64,000 nt of DNA. Origin: Escherichia phage vB_EcoM-ZQ1. Positions 37,987 through 48,344 of the stretch are shown here, piece by piece; the stretch's first letter is position 1, and the number at the start of each line of letters is the position of its first letter. The notes beneath the pieces are model-generated. The model did no database searches. It saw only the letters and a program-made list of their open reading frames with translations, and was not told where the DNA came from. Made by a program: the position numbers and the translations under genes. The stretch is from sequence record MW650886.1. One strand, 5' to 3'.

Positions 37987-38475
37987 ATGATGCTGTTAAT
38001 GAGCGTTCCACAGAACAAGATGACCCCTGCAACAGAGGGCAAGAATCACTTCAACATCTACAGCCGGAGCCAGACGGAACTCGGGCGCTTCCTCTCGCAT
38101 TTTACCCATCATCCAATGACTACCCATGAACATGGTGTGTTTAACTCCATGGAGGGGTACTGGTATTGGCTGAAGTATAGGGATGACAACCTGCGCCTGC
38201 TCGACGGTTATGAGGCCAAGCAATATGGACAGGGATTGGCGGCTTCCCGCGTCATTGTCCTGGACCCGTCTACCGAAGAATTCAAGCGCGATATCCTATT
38301 TGCAACTAGCATGAAACTCCAGACAATGCCTGAACGTCTGAAGATCAGATTGGCGTACAGTCGCCTACCCCTGATCCATGCATATGTTCAGAACGGGAAA
38401 TACAGTTTTCAAAACTCTATGGACTATATCATTGCCCACATTAATCGTCTCCGCATACAAGGAACTTTGAAATGA
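37987..38475 (+). CDS. Hypothetical protein
   Basis: Track start 37972 is a TTG; first ATG is at 37987. Confidence 0.4.
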   Translation: MMLLMSVPQNKMTPATEGKNHFNIYSRSQTELGRFLSHFTHHPMTTHEHGVFNSMEGYWYWLKYRDDNLRLLDGYEAKQYGQGLAASRVIVLDPSTEEFKRDILFATSMKLQTMPERLKIRLAYSRLPLIHAYVQNGKYSFQNSMDYIIAHINRLRIQGTLK

Positions 38476-39053
38476 AATTTCTACACACTATCGTCGACAC
38501 TTCTTATGACTGCACTGCTCATACCCCAGACCGTTCGCCTGTGTTTGTTCTGAACAAACTAGGTGAAGAGATCTGTGAACTGTCTGATGTGTTTCATGGC
38601 ATAGTATCTTCCGAGCCGTTGAATGGCGAAGTTGCTGATGTCATTATCTCTGCTATTGACCTTCTGTACGTCATGGATTATGACGACGTCCAATTGCGCG
38701 GCTCTCTGAACAAGGCCGAAATGATCGACTCTGTCATCAACCACATGGCGACAGTGAACGATATTTCTTCTAATCTGTTGGAAGAAGACTGGTTCCGTCT
38801 GATTGATCGTGATCCTCAAAAGCATCTGAATCTTATCCATCATTATCATGGCCGGATTATCCGATTGTGCAACCAGCCTTATCGCAGTCAAGACAGATTG
38901 GATCAACTCGTCAATGACCTAATCAAGCATGTTGCGCGCATGGGGTGTGGGGAAGGGGCGATACGTGGATCCTCTTTGATGGCCACTCGCATTAAAGTGG
39001 AGCACGCTATTGAACACAAGGTTGAAAAGTGGCGTACTGAATTTGGCTTATGA
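38472..39053 (+). CDS. MazG-like nucleotide pyrophosphohydrolase (putative)
   Basis: All-alpha NTP-PPase-like motifs LGEEICELSDVF and EVADVIISAIDLLYV. Confidence 0.4.
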   Translation: MKFLHTIVDTSYDCTAHTPDRSPVFVLNKLGEEICELSDVFHGIVSSEPLNGEVADVIISAIDLLYVMDYDDVQLRGSLNKAEMIDSVINHMATVNDISSNLLEEDWFRLIDRDPQKHLNLIHHYHGRIIRLCNQPYRSQDRLDQLVNDLIKHVARMGCGEGAIRGSSLMATRIKVEHAIEHKVEKWRTEFGL

Positions 39054-39319
39054 ATAACATACAACCTTGGGAACACCCGACTGTCGTAAAGACGGGTAAA
39101 TCCCGACAATGGCTCTTGGCTGGTGAATTCTTTGAATGGTGGTATAGTAACGGTGAAGACAAAGTGAAGAACCGTTATTGTTTAATGTTGAAAGAAACCG
39201 GGTTAAGCTCTGTGTGTTCTAAGGCCACAGCACAAACTTGTATATCTAAATTTCAGAAAGGTTGGATACCAAAAGAAGATTCCGCCTGGTTGAAATTTTA
39301 CGGAGATAATAATGGTTGA
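39050..39319 (+). CDS. Hypothetical protein
   Basis: 89-aa ORF. Confidence 0.4.
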   Translation: MNNIQPWEHPTVVKTGKSRQWLLAGEFFEWWYSNGEDKVKNRYCLMLKETGLSSVCSKATAQTCISKFQKGWIPKEDSAWLKFYGDNNG

Positions 39320-41210
39320 TGTAAACAGAAAATACAAAAAGCTCTCACACATCGAGCATATACTCCTTCGCCCAGAGCGCCATCTAGGGAGTATCCGTTC
39401 TTCTGTCGGGATGGCTTGGGTATATGATCTCAGCAAAGACAAAGTTGTGTTTAAAGACAATTTTGAATATAACCCCGCTCTTATCAAACAGTTTGATGAA
39501 ATCATCACCAACTGTGTTGACCACAGCAAGACCCCTGAGGGCAAATCCCTGACGGAAATCACCGTCACAGTTTCCCCGATGAACGGTCAAATCATCGTTG
39601 CTGACAACGGGGGTATCCCTGTGGTCAAGCATGAATCTGGTATGTGGTTGCCAGAAATGTTATTTTCAGAATTGTTTGCTGGATCGAACTTCAACGACGA
39701 AGACGAAGAGTACAACAACCAGAAGTCCGGTGGTCAGAATGGCGAAGGGGCGTCCCTCGTCAACGTGTTCTCCAAATGGTTCCGCGTCACGACTAATGAC
39801 GGCAAGAAGTCTTATACTCAGACGTTTGAAGACAACATGAGCAAGAAATCTAACCCAGTCATCAGCAACGTGAACAGTCCTGGCACATCCATCGCCTGGA
39901 TCCCTGACTATGCTCGTCTGGGCGTCAAAGGACTTGACCAGAACAACCTGCTGATGATCTATCGCCGCGCGTTTGAAGTGGCTGCGTGTAACCCGCGCCT
40001 GAAGATTGTTCTCAACGGGAAGCAAATCCGGATTGACCGCTTTGGCCATTTCGTTGATTACTTCCATGCTGGCTCGGCTGTTGACGAAACCGGGGATTGG
40101 TCTGTTGCTGTAGCCCCTTCATCCGGTACGTTCATGCACGCATCATACGTGAACTCTATTGCCACCCACATCGGTGGTCCTCACGTTGATTATGTTGCCG
40201 ACCAGATCGTGGCAGCGATTCGTCCCCAGCTGGTGAAGAAGTTCAAGACCGAGCTGAAGCCAGCAATGATCAAGAACCACATGTCCTTGTTCATCGCTGC
40301 CGACATCAACAACCCGCGCTTTGACAGCCAGACCAAGGAGCGCATGACCACTCCTGTCAGCCAGTTCGGTACGTCGTACAAGCCCAGCGATAAACTGATC
40401 CGCAAGGCGCTTGAGTTCGTTACGGCTGGTCTGAGCAAAGAACTGGCTTCCCTACGCAATGAGCAGGATGATGCTGAGTTTGAAAAGGCCAAGAAGGATA
40501 TCAGCAAGCGGGATTATCGTGAGATTGAGAAGTATTACCCGGCGACCGCCCGTGGTGACCGCAGCGGATGCTCCTTGCTGCTGACCGAGGGTGATAGTGC
40601 ATCCAACCCTATCCTGAACGCCCGTGACACCAAGAAGATCGGGTTGTTCCCGCTTCGTGGTAAGTTCATCAACTGCCTGAACGCCCCGCGCTCAAAGGTG
40701 ATGAACAATGAAGAGTTCAAGAACCTGTGTACGATCCACGGCGGCGCAGTGCCAGGCCAGCCCCTTGATATCACCCGTTACCCACAGACTGTTGTGGCTA
40801 CCGATGCGGACGATGACGGCATCCACATCCGTGGGTTGTTGATCACCCTGTATTGCACCTACTGGCCGGAGTACGTCCGTCAGGGCAGGCTGAAGCTCCT
40901 GCGCACCCCTTACATGCGTGTGTGGTGTGGTAAGGTGATGCATGAGTTCATGAACAACGCCGAGTATGAGGAGTTCCTGAAGACTCCCGATGCCAAGAAG
41001 ATCACGAAGAAGAAATATCTGAAAGGTCTGGGTGGTAACAGCACTGAAGACTTCAAACGTATTCTAAACAACCTGGATGCGTATACTACGACAGTCACGC
41101 TGGACGATGGCTACCAACAGTCACTGAAGAATGGCTTCGGTGATGAGGCCGCCGATTACCGCAAAACCTGGTTTAGCGATGTTTGTCTATTTGAGACTGA
41201 GGATGAATAA
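39312..41210 (+). CDS. DNA topoisomerase II large subunit (GyrB-like; T4 gp39/gp60 equivalent)
   Basis: GHKL ATPase region plus Toprim motifs LLLTEGDSASNP and DADDDGIHIRGLLITL. Confidence 0.8.
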   Translation: MVDVNRKYKKLSHIEHILLRPERHLGSIRSSVGMAWVYDLSKDKVVFKDNFEYNPALIKQFDEIITNCVDHSKTPEGKSLTEITVTVSPMNGQIIVADNGGIPVVKHESGMWLPEMLFSELFAGSNFNDEDEEYNNQKSGGQNGEGASLVNVFSKWFRVTTNDGKKSYTQTFEDNMSKKSNPVISNVNSPGTSIAWIPDYARLGVKGLDQNNLLMIYRRAFEVAACNPRLKIVLNGKQIRIDRFGHFVDYFHAGSAVDETGDWSVAVAPSSGTFMHASYVNSIATHIGGPHVDYVADQIVAAIRPQLVKKFKTELKPAMIKNHMSLFIAADINNPRFDSQTKERMTTPVSQFGTSYKPSDKLIRKALEFVTAGLSKELASLRNEQDDAEFEKAKKDISKRDYREIEKYYPATARGDRSGCSLLLTEGDSASNPILNARDTKKIGLFPLRGKFINCLNAPRSKVMNNEEFKNLCTIHGGAVPGQPLDITRYPQTVVATDADDDGIHIRGLLITLYCTYWPEYVRQGRLKLLRTPYMRVWCGKVMHEFMNNAEYEEFLKTPDAKKITKKKYLKGLGGNSTEDFKRILNNLDAYTTTVTLDDGYQQSLKNGFGDEAADYRKTWFSDVCLFETEDE

Positions 41211-41211
41211 T

Positions 41212-42543
41212 ATGGTTGCCAAGAGCATTACTGTAACGGACTTTGTCAACACTGACCATAAACAGTTTTCTGTGGTCAACAGCATCCGTCAAATCCCTCA
41301 GCTGATTGACAGTCTCAAGCCAAGCCAGCGCAAGATCCTTTTCGCTGCTCTTGAGTACAACAAGGAGGAGATTGTTGACCGCCTTGGTATGTTCGCCGCC
41401 GCTCGGACCAACTACAAGTCTGGTGGGGAGAACATGAGCGGCACTATCGTGAACATGGCCCAGGGGTTCCCAGGTACGAACAACATCCCGTACTTTGACC
41501 GCGATGGCCAGTTTGGTTCTATCATGGGGCGTGATGCTTCATCTGCCCGATACATATCCGTCGCTGTATCTGACGTTATCCGCAAGATCTTCCGCAAGGA
41601 GGATGAGGGTATCTTGGAATACAACTACCTTGGTGAAGAAAGGCTGGAGCCGAAGTTCTTTCTACCCATCCTGCCCATGTTCCTGGTGAATGGGATCAAT
41701 GGTATCGGCACCGGATATTCCACCGACACCCCGTGTCATTGCGTTAAGTCCGTGCTGAATGCCCTGAGAGCGCTTCTCCGTGGCGAAGACCCGAAAGACT
41801 TAAAACCGTACTGGAACGGCTTCAAAGGAGAGACAGGCTATACTGAGGAAGGAAGAGCATACAGTCGCGGCATCTTCCGTCGCGTCAATGCCACCACCCT
41901 GCATATCACCGAAGTCCCAGTGGGCTGGTTTGCCAAAACCTATGAGACCAAGGTGTTGCTGCCTCTGTACAAGGCAGGTATCCTCACCGAGTACGCCAAC
42001 GACACGACGGAAGATGGCTGGGATATCACGGTTGTGTTTAAGCGCGGCGAACTCTCTAAGCTGAGTGACGAGCAGGTTGAGCAGATGTTCAAACTGTATT
42101 CAGCTACCAAGCCTGTGTGGACAGCATGGGATGAAGACGGTGTTATTCATCGTTATTCTGGTTGGCGGGACATGTTGCTACCGTTCTTCAATTATCGCCT
42201 ATCACGGTACGAAGACCGTCGCCAGTATCTGTTGAAGGACATGGCAGACAGGATCCGCAAGCTGGGTGACCGGGCGGTGTTCATTGAATGGGCGACGCGT
42301 GTTGATCTCCGCCAAAAGATTGACGTGCTGAAGTCTCTGTTCATGCAGGACTACCCGGACTTTGGTGGTGATCTTGACGAGTTGTTCAAGATGCCTCTGT
42401 CGTCTATTACTCTGGACGCCCGTGAGCGCCTACTCAAGCAGATTGAGAACCTTGAAGCACAACATAAGGAATTAAGTAAGAAAGAGGACATCGATCTTTA
42501 CACTGAAGACCTTGATGACCTTGAAAAGGCTCTTGGCCTATAA
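41212..42543 (+). CDS. DNA topoisomerase II medium subunit (GyrA-like; T4 gp52 equivalent)
   Basis: Directly follows the large subunit; GyrA/ParC-like N-terminal breakage-reunion region; start placed at the ATG after the upstream stop. Confidence 0.7.
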   Translation: MVAKSITVTDFVNTDHKQFSVVNSIRQIPQLIDSLKPSQRKILFAALEYNKEEIVDRLGMFAAARTNYKSGGENMSGTIVNMAQGFPGTNNIPYFDRDGQFGSIMGRDASSARYISVAVSDVIRKIFRKEDEGILEYNYLGEERLEPKFFLPILPMFLVNGINGIGTGYSTDTPCHCVKSVLNALRALLRGEDPKDLKPYWNGFKGETGYTEEGRAYSRGIFRRVNATTLHITEVPVGWFAKTYETKVLLPLYKAGILTEYANDTTEDGWDITVVFKRGELSKLSDEQVEQMFKLYSATKPVWTAWDEDGVIHRYSGWRDMLLPFFNYRLSRYEDRRQYLLKDMADRIRKLGDRAVFIEWATRVDLRQKIDVLKSLFMQDYPDFGGDLDELFKMPLSSITLDARERLLKQIENLEAQHKELSKKEDIDLYTEDLDDLEKALGL

Positions 42544-42584
42544 CATCGGAGGGGTTCGCCCCTCCTCACCCGGAGGGTTGCGCT

Positions 42585-42872
42585 ATGTTCTATCTCCGTT
42601 CTGCAGCACCTGTGGTATTCATCATTTCCCTATTTGATTTCTTGGTTCCTCGCTTTATCAAAGAAGAGGTAGCGTTTGGTCTCTATGGTGAGACGGAAGA
42701 CCCAGAGGTCGATGAATATTACCCAATGTGCGCCCTGAAAGATATCGAGGAAGGGGAAGATGTTGCAATGGTCGGCACCATGCGTTCTTTCAATCTGTTT
42801 GGGCTTGCACTCTTTCCGAAACTGGTTGGTGAACTGCGCCCCTACGATCCTGAAGCCACTGTAGATGGTTAA
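42585..42872 (+). CDS. Hypothetical protein
   Basis: 95-aa ORF. Confidence 0.4.
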   Translation: MFYLRSAAPVVFIISLFDFLVPRFIKEEVAFGLYGETEDPEVDEYYPMCALKDIEEGEDVAMVGTMRSFNLFGLALFPKLVGELRPYDPEATVDG

Positions 42873-42919
42873 TCATAACATAGCTTCTGAGCCCTAAACT
42901 TCTGTCTACGGATGATTCC

Positions 42920-43129
42920 TTGTATTTTCATTGTCCTGGGTGTGGTATACTTCATCTATATCGCATTAAGGGCGAAACCCAAGGTCCGATGTGGATGTGG
43001 AACAACAATGTTATTGAGCCTACGTTCACACCGAGCCTGCTGGTGAATGCAACTGATCCAGCATTATTTTGCCATCTGTTCCTGACCGACGGCAAATACA
43101 ATTCCTCGGAGACTGTTTCCATGATCTGA
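42920..43129 (+). CDS. Small zinc-ribbon-like protein
   Basis: 69 aa with N-terminal CPGCG motif. Confidence 0.35.
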   Translation: MYFHCPGCGILHLYRIKGETQGPMWMWNNNVIEPTFTPSLLVNATDPALFCHLFLTDGKYNSSETVSMI

Positions 43130-43188
43130 AGAACCAGACAGTGGATATGGTCGACATCTCTGAACCTGAAATTTGGATTGAATAGATT

Positions 43189-43599
43189 ATGAAATTACTG
43201 GGATATTTTCGTGAACTCCCAACGGGAACTGAAGGCAAGTTGTTCTCACAGGTGAAGGGGGATGACATTGGTGATACGATGATTCCCCTGTACACTCGTG
43301 AACTTCCTGTCGAAGGTGCCTGGGAGCGCCGTGTGGTCGCTGCCGCCAACAAATATGGTGATGTAATCGTCGTTGCTGACCGTCACCACAGCCGATTCAT
43401 GAACAGCCAGCTCAAGATCCTGAAAGAAGCAGGCGTCATTAAATCCACCCATACCCGCGAACAGGGCTTCATCGACAACCAGGGCAACTTCCTCACTCGT
43501 GAAGAGGCGTGCATCGTAGCCCGTGAAGCTGGACAGATCAATCAGGTGCGCCTGAAGACAACCCCTTTCCGCGAACTCTTTTCCGAAGACCTCTATTGA
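43189..43599 (+). CDS. Hypothetical protein
   Basis: 136-aa ORF. Confidence 0.45.
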   Translation: MKLLGYFRELPTGTEGKLFSQVKGDDIGDTMIPLYTRELPVEGAWERRVVAAANKYGDVIVVADRHHSRFMNSQLKILKEAGVIKSTHTREQGFIDNQGNFLTREEACIVAREAGQINQVRLKTTPFRELFSEDLY

Positions 43600-43649
43600 A
43601 GAAAAAGGCGGTATTATTACCGCCTCGACCCCTTGTTTGGTAACATCAA

Positions 43650-43892
43650 ATGAGCCCAGAATTTGAAAATCTGTTCGAGCGATGCTTCGAACCAGGTTCT
43701 GTGTCCGGTTACATGGACCGCCTTTGCACTGCCATTGTAATACGCCTTGCTGCCAAGGGTATCGTTGTCAACACCATTATCAACAATGGGAACAACTTTA
43801 TCATGCAGATGACTGATTATCACCACCGCACAGGCATCATCCAGGTGTCATGTGTTGACAACAGCATTATTGAATGGAGACAGTACGCATGA
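43650..43892 (+). CDS. Hypothetical small protein
   Basis: 80-aa ORF. Confidence 0.4.
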   Translation: MSPEFENLFERCFEPGSVSGYMDRLCTAIVIRLAAKGIVVNTIINNGNNFIMQMTDYHHRTGIIQVSCVDNSIIEWRQYA

Positions 43893-44488
43893 CAACTTAT
43901 GTAATCAATGGTGGTGATCTACTGAAAGCCGCCTGTAGCTTCAATCTGATCGACATCTTTGCCCACGGTGCCAACTGTTGGTCTACCATGGGCGCGGGCA
44001 TTGCTCTGCACATCGGTAACAACTTCCCAGCCCTGCGTGAAGTCGATGCGAACGACCCTCGTGGTCCAGAGCAACGCCTGGGTGGCATGTCCTATGCATT
44101 TGACCACAGCACTGGTGTCTGGGGCGCGAACCTCTACACTCAGTTTTATCCAGGTCCGAACGCTCGCATGCCGTCTGTCATCAGTTCTGTTCAGATGTTG
44201 TTTGAGCAGGTTCACGAAATTGTGGAAGCAACTAAAGACGAAACCGTCTATGTCGGCCTGCCTGCTATCGGTTGTGGTATTGGTGGTCTGAACCTCTACA
44301 GTGTAGTGCGCCATATCAATCGAATCTCTGAAAGCGTGTATGAAGAGACCCGCCGTCGTGTCGTCCCAGTCTTCTATATCAGGGAAGGAGACGGATTCGA
44401 TGATGATCTGATGGAACTTTCTCATCTGGACACAGAAGGTATCATGATTGTCGAAGATGAGCAAGAAATCATCGACGAGGAGGCGTAA
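43874..44488 (+). CDS. Macro-domain protein (ADP-ribose binding / hydrolase fold)
   Basis: Macro-domain signature IFAHGANCWSTMGAGIA and second glycine-rich loop GLPAIGCGIGGL. Confidence 0.6.
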   Translation: METVRMTTYVINGGDLLKAACSFNLIDIFAHGANCWSTMGAGIALHIGNNFPALREVDANDPRGPEQRLGGMSYAFDHSTGVWGANLYTQFYPGPNARMPSVISSVQMLFEQVHEIVEATKDETVYVGLPAIGCGIGGLNLYSVVRHINRISESVYEETRRRVVPVFYIREGDGFDDDLMELSHLDTEGIMIVEDEQEIIDEEA

Positions 44489-45121
44489 ATGTACAAGTCT
44501 AATTTCCTTGCAGTTGCCGACAGCGAAACCCTGGGGCGCTGGGATGATGCAGTCATGCTGTCTTGGGCACACACCATCGCCGACCTGACCAAGCGTTATA
44601 CTCTTCAGCAGCTGGTTGAGGAGCGCACGACGTTCATTAAGCTGAATGTCAAAGAGCAGATCGAACTCGGTCGCGTGAAGGACCAGGGGACGGTAGAATG
44701 GTGGTTGGGGACGGGTAAACGTAACCCGTGTGATGCGGCTCGCGCCGTCAGTCTGTACCCCAAGGAAGATGACATCTCTATCTTCCAGCTGGCCGATGAA
44801 ATCCGCAAGGGTTGTCATCGTCTTGGGGTAGACCCGCGCTCGGTTGACTGGTGTGATCGCAACCTGTTTGATCTGCGCAAGGCTCAGCACATCATTGAGG
44901 TGACATGTAAGCAGGACTCCAACGAGCCTTGGGATTACCACCACACCTTCGACATCGTGAGCTGGCTGAAGGGTGTTGGGCAGCAGGATCGGTATGCTGG
45001 CATCAAGGCATGGGAACTGGAAGGTATGGTCTATCATGACCCTCGTTATGACGCTGCGCTTGACTGGCTGCGTATTCAGAAGACCATGGAAGATCTGATG
45101 GGTCTGGAGGTTGTGGGATGA
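44489..45121 (+). CDS. Putative DEDDh-type 3'-5' exonuclease (DexA-like)
   Basis: N-terminal FLAVADSETLG (DxE) and later YHHTFDIVSW (H-x4-D) resemble DnaQ-like exonuclease motifs. Confidence 0.4.
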   Translation: MYKSNFLAVADSETLGRWDDAVMLSWAHTIADLTKRYTLQQLVEERTTFIKLNVKEQIELGRVKDQGTVEWWLGTGKRNPCDAARAVSLYPKEDDISIFQLADEIRKGCHRLGVDPRSVDWCDRNLFDLRKAQHIIEVTCKQDSNEPWDYHHTFDIVSWLKGVGQQDRYAGIKAWELEGMVYHDPRYDAALDWLRIQKTMEDLMGLEVVG

Positions 45122-45420
45122 TTGTATTCACTGTCATCGGTGTGATCGTAACAGCTGGGGTGTTCACAGCCATATTGGGCTACCTGTACTTCATGTTCCT
45201 TCATCCGTTATTTCAGGCGTTCAGTCTCACGAATTGGTACTTGGCCTGCCTAAAGGCCGACGGCGGCGTGAACATGGCCTCTCTTCCTTACTGGCGGCTG
45301 GTAGCGCATTACTACTCGGTCGGTGGCTGGCCTGGGGAAAGGACATGGAACTCTATCGGTGAGTGGTATGGAATAGGTCGATGGCGTATATTCCCTGATG
45401 AAGACGATCAAGCCCCGTGA
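45118..45420 (+). CDS. Small membrane protein
   Basis: 100 aa with N-terminal TM helix; terminator hairpin overlaps its stop. Confidence 0.4.
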   Translation: MIVFTVIGVIVTAGVFTAILGYLYFMFLHPLFQAFSLTNWYLACLKADGGVNMASLPYWRLVAHYYSVGGWPGERTWNSIGEWYGIGRWRIFPDEDDQAP

Positions 45421-45431
45421 GGGGCTTTTCT
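45411..45431 (+). terminator. Intrinsic terminator
   Basis: Hairpin AGCCCC-GTGA-GGGGCT followed by TTTC. Confidence 0.5.
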
Positions 45432-45484
45432 ATATCCTGGATAGAGTATCATTGGTTCACCAACGAATCCTCGGGAGAGGTGAT

Positions 45485-45826
45485 ATGAAACGTTCGGTTG
45501 TTGTAAATGACATCACGAGATTGATAAACCTTGTCAAAGATGTGTTTCCACAACAGGTGGATGTCGAGTACGTGGGGAAGAACGGGAAGTGCTATCAGGT
45601 TGCTCTACTTCTGAAGCACGTGTATCCCCAAGCAGAGATACATTACAGTCAGACCGAAGGTCATGTGTATACTCTGATTGATGGGCATTACTACGACATC
45701 GACGGCATCCACTTCAGTGTCCCACCGGATACGTGTTTGCTCGAACACAACAGAGGCCATAAACCCCATCGCTGGCATAAAGGGTTTGTGAACGTACCGA
45801 TTTTAGAATGGTTGAGGAGACCATAA
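45485..45826 (+). CDS. Hypothetical protein
   Basis: Start moved to the ATG with SD GGGAGAGGTGA, downstream of the terminator hairpin; track start 45398 lies inside the hairpin. Confidence 0.4.
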   Translation: MKRSVVVNDITRLINLVKDVFPQQVDVEYVGKNGKCYQVALLLKHVYPQAEIHYSQTEGHVYTLIDGHYYDIDGIHFSVPPDTCLLEHNRGHKPHRWHKGFVNVPILEWLRRP

Positions 45827-46386
45827 TGGCAGGAATTGTGAAGTATCTGGGAGACACCCACCTTGGGCACAAGAAGATCTTCAAGCCCCGTGGGTTCGAT
45901 ACCCAAGAGGCGCATGATGCTGCAGTTATCGACAGTATCTTTCAGGGGCTGAAGTCTCGAGACGTCCTTGAACTTGCAGGCGACATCTGCTTCATCGGGG
46001 CTGAGGGGTTCATTCGCCTGATGCGCGAGGGTGCCAAGCGGAATATTGATGAGTTCAAGCGCCGCCCGGTTCCCGATGACTGGCGACCGAACTTTATCAT
46101 CAGGGTGGCGCAAGGCAACCATGACAGATTCAAGATGTTGATGCAGCTGTATCAAGAGGGATGGATTAGCTCCTTTGGTGCGATGTATGAGCGTGATACC
46201 CCGGTTGGTTGTGTGCTGACCACTCACGTTCCTTATCAATTAGGCCGCTGGGCTTATAATATCCATGGTCATCTTCACAGTAAAATGCGTGAAGAACGTG
46301 AATACCTGAACTGCAGCTGGGAACAATTCAAGCGCCCTGTGACATTGGCCGAGCTGCTCTACACCAATCTGGGGATTGAAATATGA
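45826..46386 (+). CDS. Calcineurin-like metallophosphoesterase (Ser/Thr phosphatase-like)
   Basis: Motifs GDTHLGH, GNHD and HGHLH; start at the ATG overlapping the upstream stop (TAATG) with SD GAGGAG. Confidence 0.6.
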   Translation: MAGIVKYLGDTHLGHKKIFKPRGFDTQEAHDAAVIDSIFQGLKSRDVLELAGDICFIGAEGFIRLMREGAKRNIDEFKRRPVPDDWRPNFIIRVAQGNHDRFKMLMQLYQEGWISSFGAMYERDTPVGCVLTTHVPYQLGRWAYNIHGHLHSKMREEREYLNCSWEQFKRPVTLAELLYTNLGIEI

Positions 46387-46700
46387 AAATTTATTTTCCT
46401 GGCCAAAAGGTGCCTTCTGAAGTGCAGAAGGTCACAATCACAGGCTACCGGAAAGGGGATCCATATCTGCGCTTCTCCTCTCCATGTATCGTGAAGCAAA
46501 CTAAAACGGGTTATTATATCAGGCCGATTGTGTTGATGGGCTGTGTAATGACATTCAGAGCTTCCTGTGAACACGTTCTTATACAAGGAAGTCCGAACAT
46601 CGAAGGTGGAGAAACCCACATGAACTGCAAGCCGATTATCCCGACATGGTTGATTATTGGTGTGCTTTCCGTTTTAGCTCTGAAAGGAGTATTGTCATGA
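46383..46700 (+). CDS. Hypothetical protein with C-terminal TM helix
   Basis: 105-aa ORF. Confidence 0.4.
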   Translation: MKIYFPGQKVPSEVQKVTITGYRKGDPYLRFSSPCIVKQTKTGYYIRPIVLMGCVMTFRASCEHVLIQGSPNIEGGETHMNCKPIIPTWLIIGVLSVLALKGVLS

Positions 46701-47035
46701 AAAAGCCGCGTATTACAGGACACCAACTCTTGGTTCTCTACGGGATGGAGAACTTTGAGAAAGGTCATTGCCGTTATGGTGAATGGTACTTGCATCCCAA
46801 ATCCTGGACCAATGACAAGGGCAACACCGTCTGGACGTTCCAGGTATGCCCGAACACTGGTGGTTTCACCTCCGTCAAAGGCGACCCATGGGACACCCGC
46901 ACAGGGGCTTCCCTGCTAGCCAAGGGGTTGATCGAACCAGCTGGCTCAATGGTTCATGACGGTTCTTACGTGAACTGGCCGAACACTGAGGTGACGTTCT
47001 ATCGCCTGACTGAACTCGGTAAATCTTATCTCTGA
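46698..47035 (+). CDS. Hypothetical protein
   Basis: 112 aa from ATG 46698 with SD GGAG. Confidence 0.4.
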
Positions 47036-47057
47036 ATAAAGATTCAGCGGTTATTGA

Positions 47058-47090
47058 AGAAGGGGGAGTATATACTTCCCCTTAGTTTAT
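47058..47090 (+). terminator. Intrinsic terminator
   Basis: Hairpin AAGGGGGAGTA-TATA-TACTTCCCCTT followed by AGTTTATT. Confidence 0.5.
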
Positions 47091-47105
47091 TAAGAGGAAC
47101 CGGAA

Positions 47106-47420
47106 ATGACCCCATTAAAAGAAATGTATGAGCGTCTGGCTGAACTACAGGCGAAGGAAAAGCGCTTCTCAGAAGAAGAGTCTGAAATCGCCGAGCTGAA
47201 CAACCTGATTGCCACTCGTGAGAAGTACCTGCATCGCTACATTAATCACCCGCCGCGCATGGTAGACCGCGTCAGCACTATCATGGACCTGGATGAAGTT
47301 ACTCCTGGCAAAGAAATCATTGTCAGGGAAGTCCACCAGATGGTCGCCATGGGTCAGATCTTTGGTCGTGCAGACCAAGACGACATGATCTTCCTCCTTG
47401 AAAAGAAACTGGTGATGTGA
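47106..47420 (+). CDS. Hypothetical protein
   Basis: 104 aa; SD GAGGAA. Confidence 0.45.
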   Translation: MTPLKEMYERLAELQAKEKRFSEEESEIAELNNLIATREKYLHRYINHPPRMVDRVSTIMDLDEVTPGKEIIVREVHQMVAMGQIFGRADQDDMIFLLEKKLVM

Positions 47421-47926
47421 TGGCTATCAAACCCCGTATGTTATTTGCGCATATGCGCTCGGCTCATGCATACGCTCTGTCCAGCTATGCCCAGCGCCTG
47501 AAGGTCGGCTGTGTTATCGTTGACCCGCGTGTTGACCAGCCCCTGTCTATCGGTTGGAACGGGACTGCTCCTGGCGCTCCTAATGTCTGTGAGAAGGAAG
47601 TAGACGGTCAACTGGTATCGGTGGGTGTTATCCACGCCGAGGAGAATGCTCTGAGCAAACTCCCCCAGCACACTGAAGACTGTTGTGGCCTGGTGATGTT
47701 TGTCACTCATAGTCCATGCCCAGAGTGCACCCGTCGTATTATCGGCAGTGGCAAGATCGCTAAAGTATTCTATGACCGACCATATCGTATCATAGACGGC
47801 ATTATTGAAATGCTGGCTGCTGGGATTGAAGTGTATCGCATGGTCGATCAGATTGTTGTAGTCCAGCATTCTGTGAAGAACGGCGAACTGGTATCCACCC
47901 CTGTTTTAGTGAACCCTGACAAATAA
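47417..47926 (+). CDS. dCMP (deoxycytidylate) deaminase
   Basis: Zinc-binding deaminase motifs HAEENAL and PCPECTRRI. Confidence 0.7.
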   Translation: MMAIKPRMLFAHMRSAHAYALSSYAQRLKVGCVIVDPRVDQPLSIGWNGTAPGAPNVCEKEVDGQLVSVGVIHAEENALSKLPQHTEDCCGLVMFVTHSPCPECTRRIIGSGKIAKVFYDRPYRIIDGIIEMLAAGIEVYRMVDQIVVVQHSVKNGELVSTPVLVNPDK

Positions 47927-47936
47927 GGAATTTATC

Positions 47937-48344
47937 ATGCGTTATGTAGATCGTATGCTCGGCAAAGACGAGCACGTTATTGCCTTCACCCGCCCGACTT
48001 GGTGGAGCGGTTTTTGGATTTACGTTCTGGTTATTTTAACGTTTATCCCAACATTTGGATTCAGCTTGTTATTTCTGATACCAACAATTTTAAATGTATT
48101 GACAACTGAATTCGCTGTGACTAACAAGCGTGTCATCGTCAAACGTGGTTTCATCCGTCGTGATGCTGATGAGTTGCGCATCGGTAAGGTGGAGACAGTG
48201 AAGGTTGATCAGTCCATCACAGGCCGCATCTTGGGCTTCTCAACAATCAGCGTGATCGGTACGGGCGGCACCCGCCTGCTGGCCAAGGGTTGTGCTGGTG
48301 GTAATGCGTTCCGTCAGAAGATCTACGATCACCTAGAAGACTGA
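47937..48344 (+). CDS. Membrane protein with bacterial PH-like (YdbT-type) domain
   Basis: Two TM helices followed by a soluble domain (EFAVTNKRVIVKRGFIRRDADELRIGKV). Confidence 0.45.
   Translation: MRYVDRMLGKDEHVIAFTRPTWWSGFWIYVLVILTFIPTFGFSLLFLIPTILNVLTTEFAVTNKRVIVKRGFIRRDADELRIGKVETVKVDQSITGRILGFSTISVIGTGGTRLLAKGCAGGNAFRQKIYDHLED

Noticed and set aside
43919-45037. 372-aa minus-strand ORF antisense to the macro-domain and exonuclease genes
   Set aside because: The plus-strand ORFs carry recognisable motifs (macro domain, DEDDh) and coupled starts; the antisense frame has no motif.
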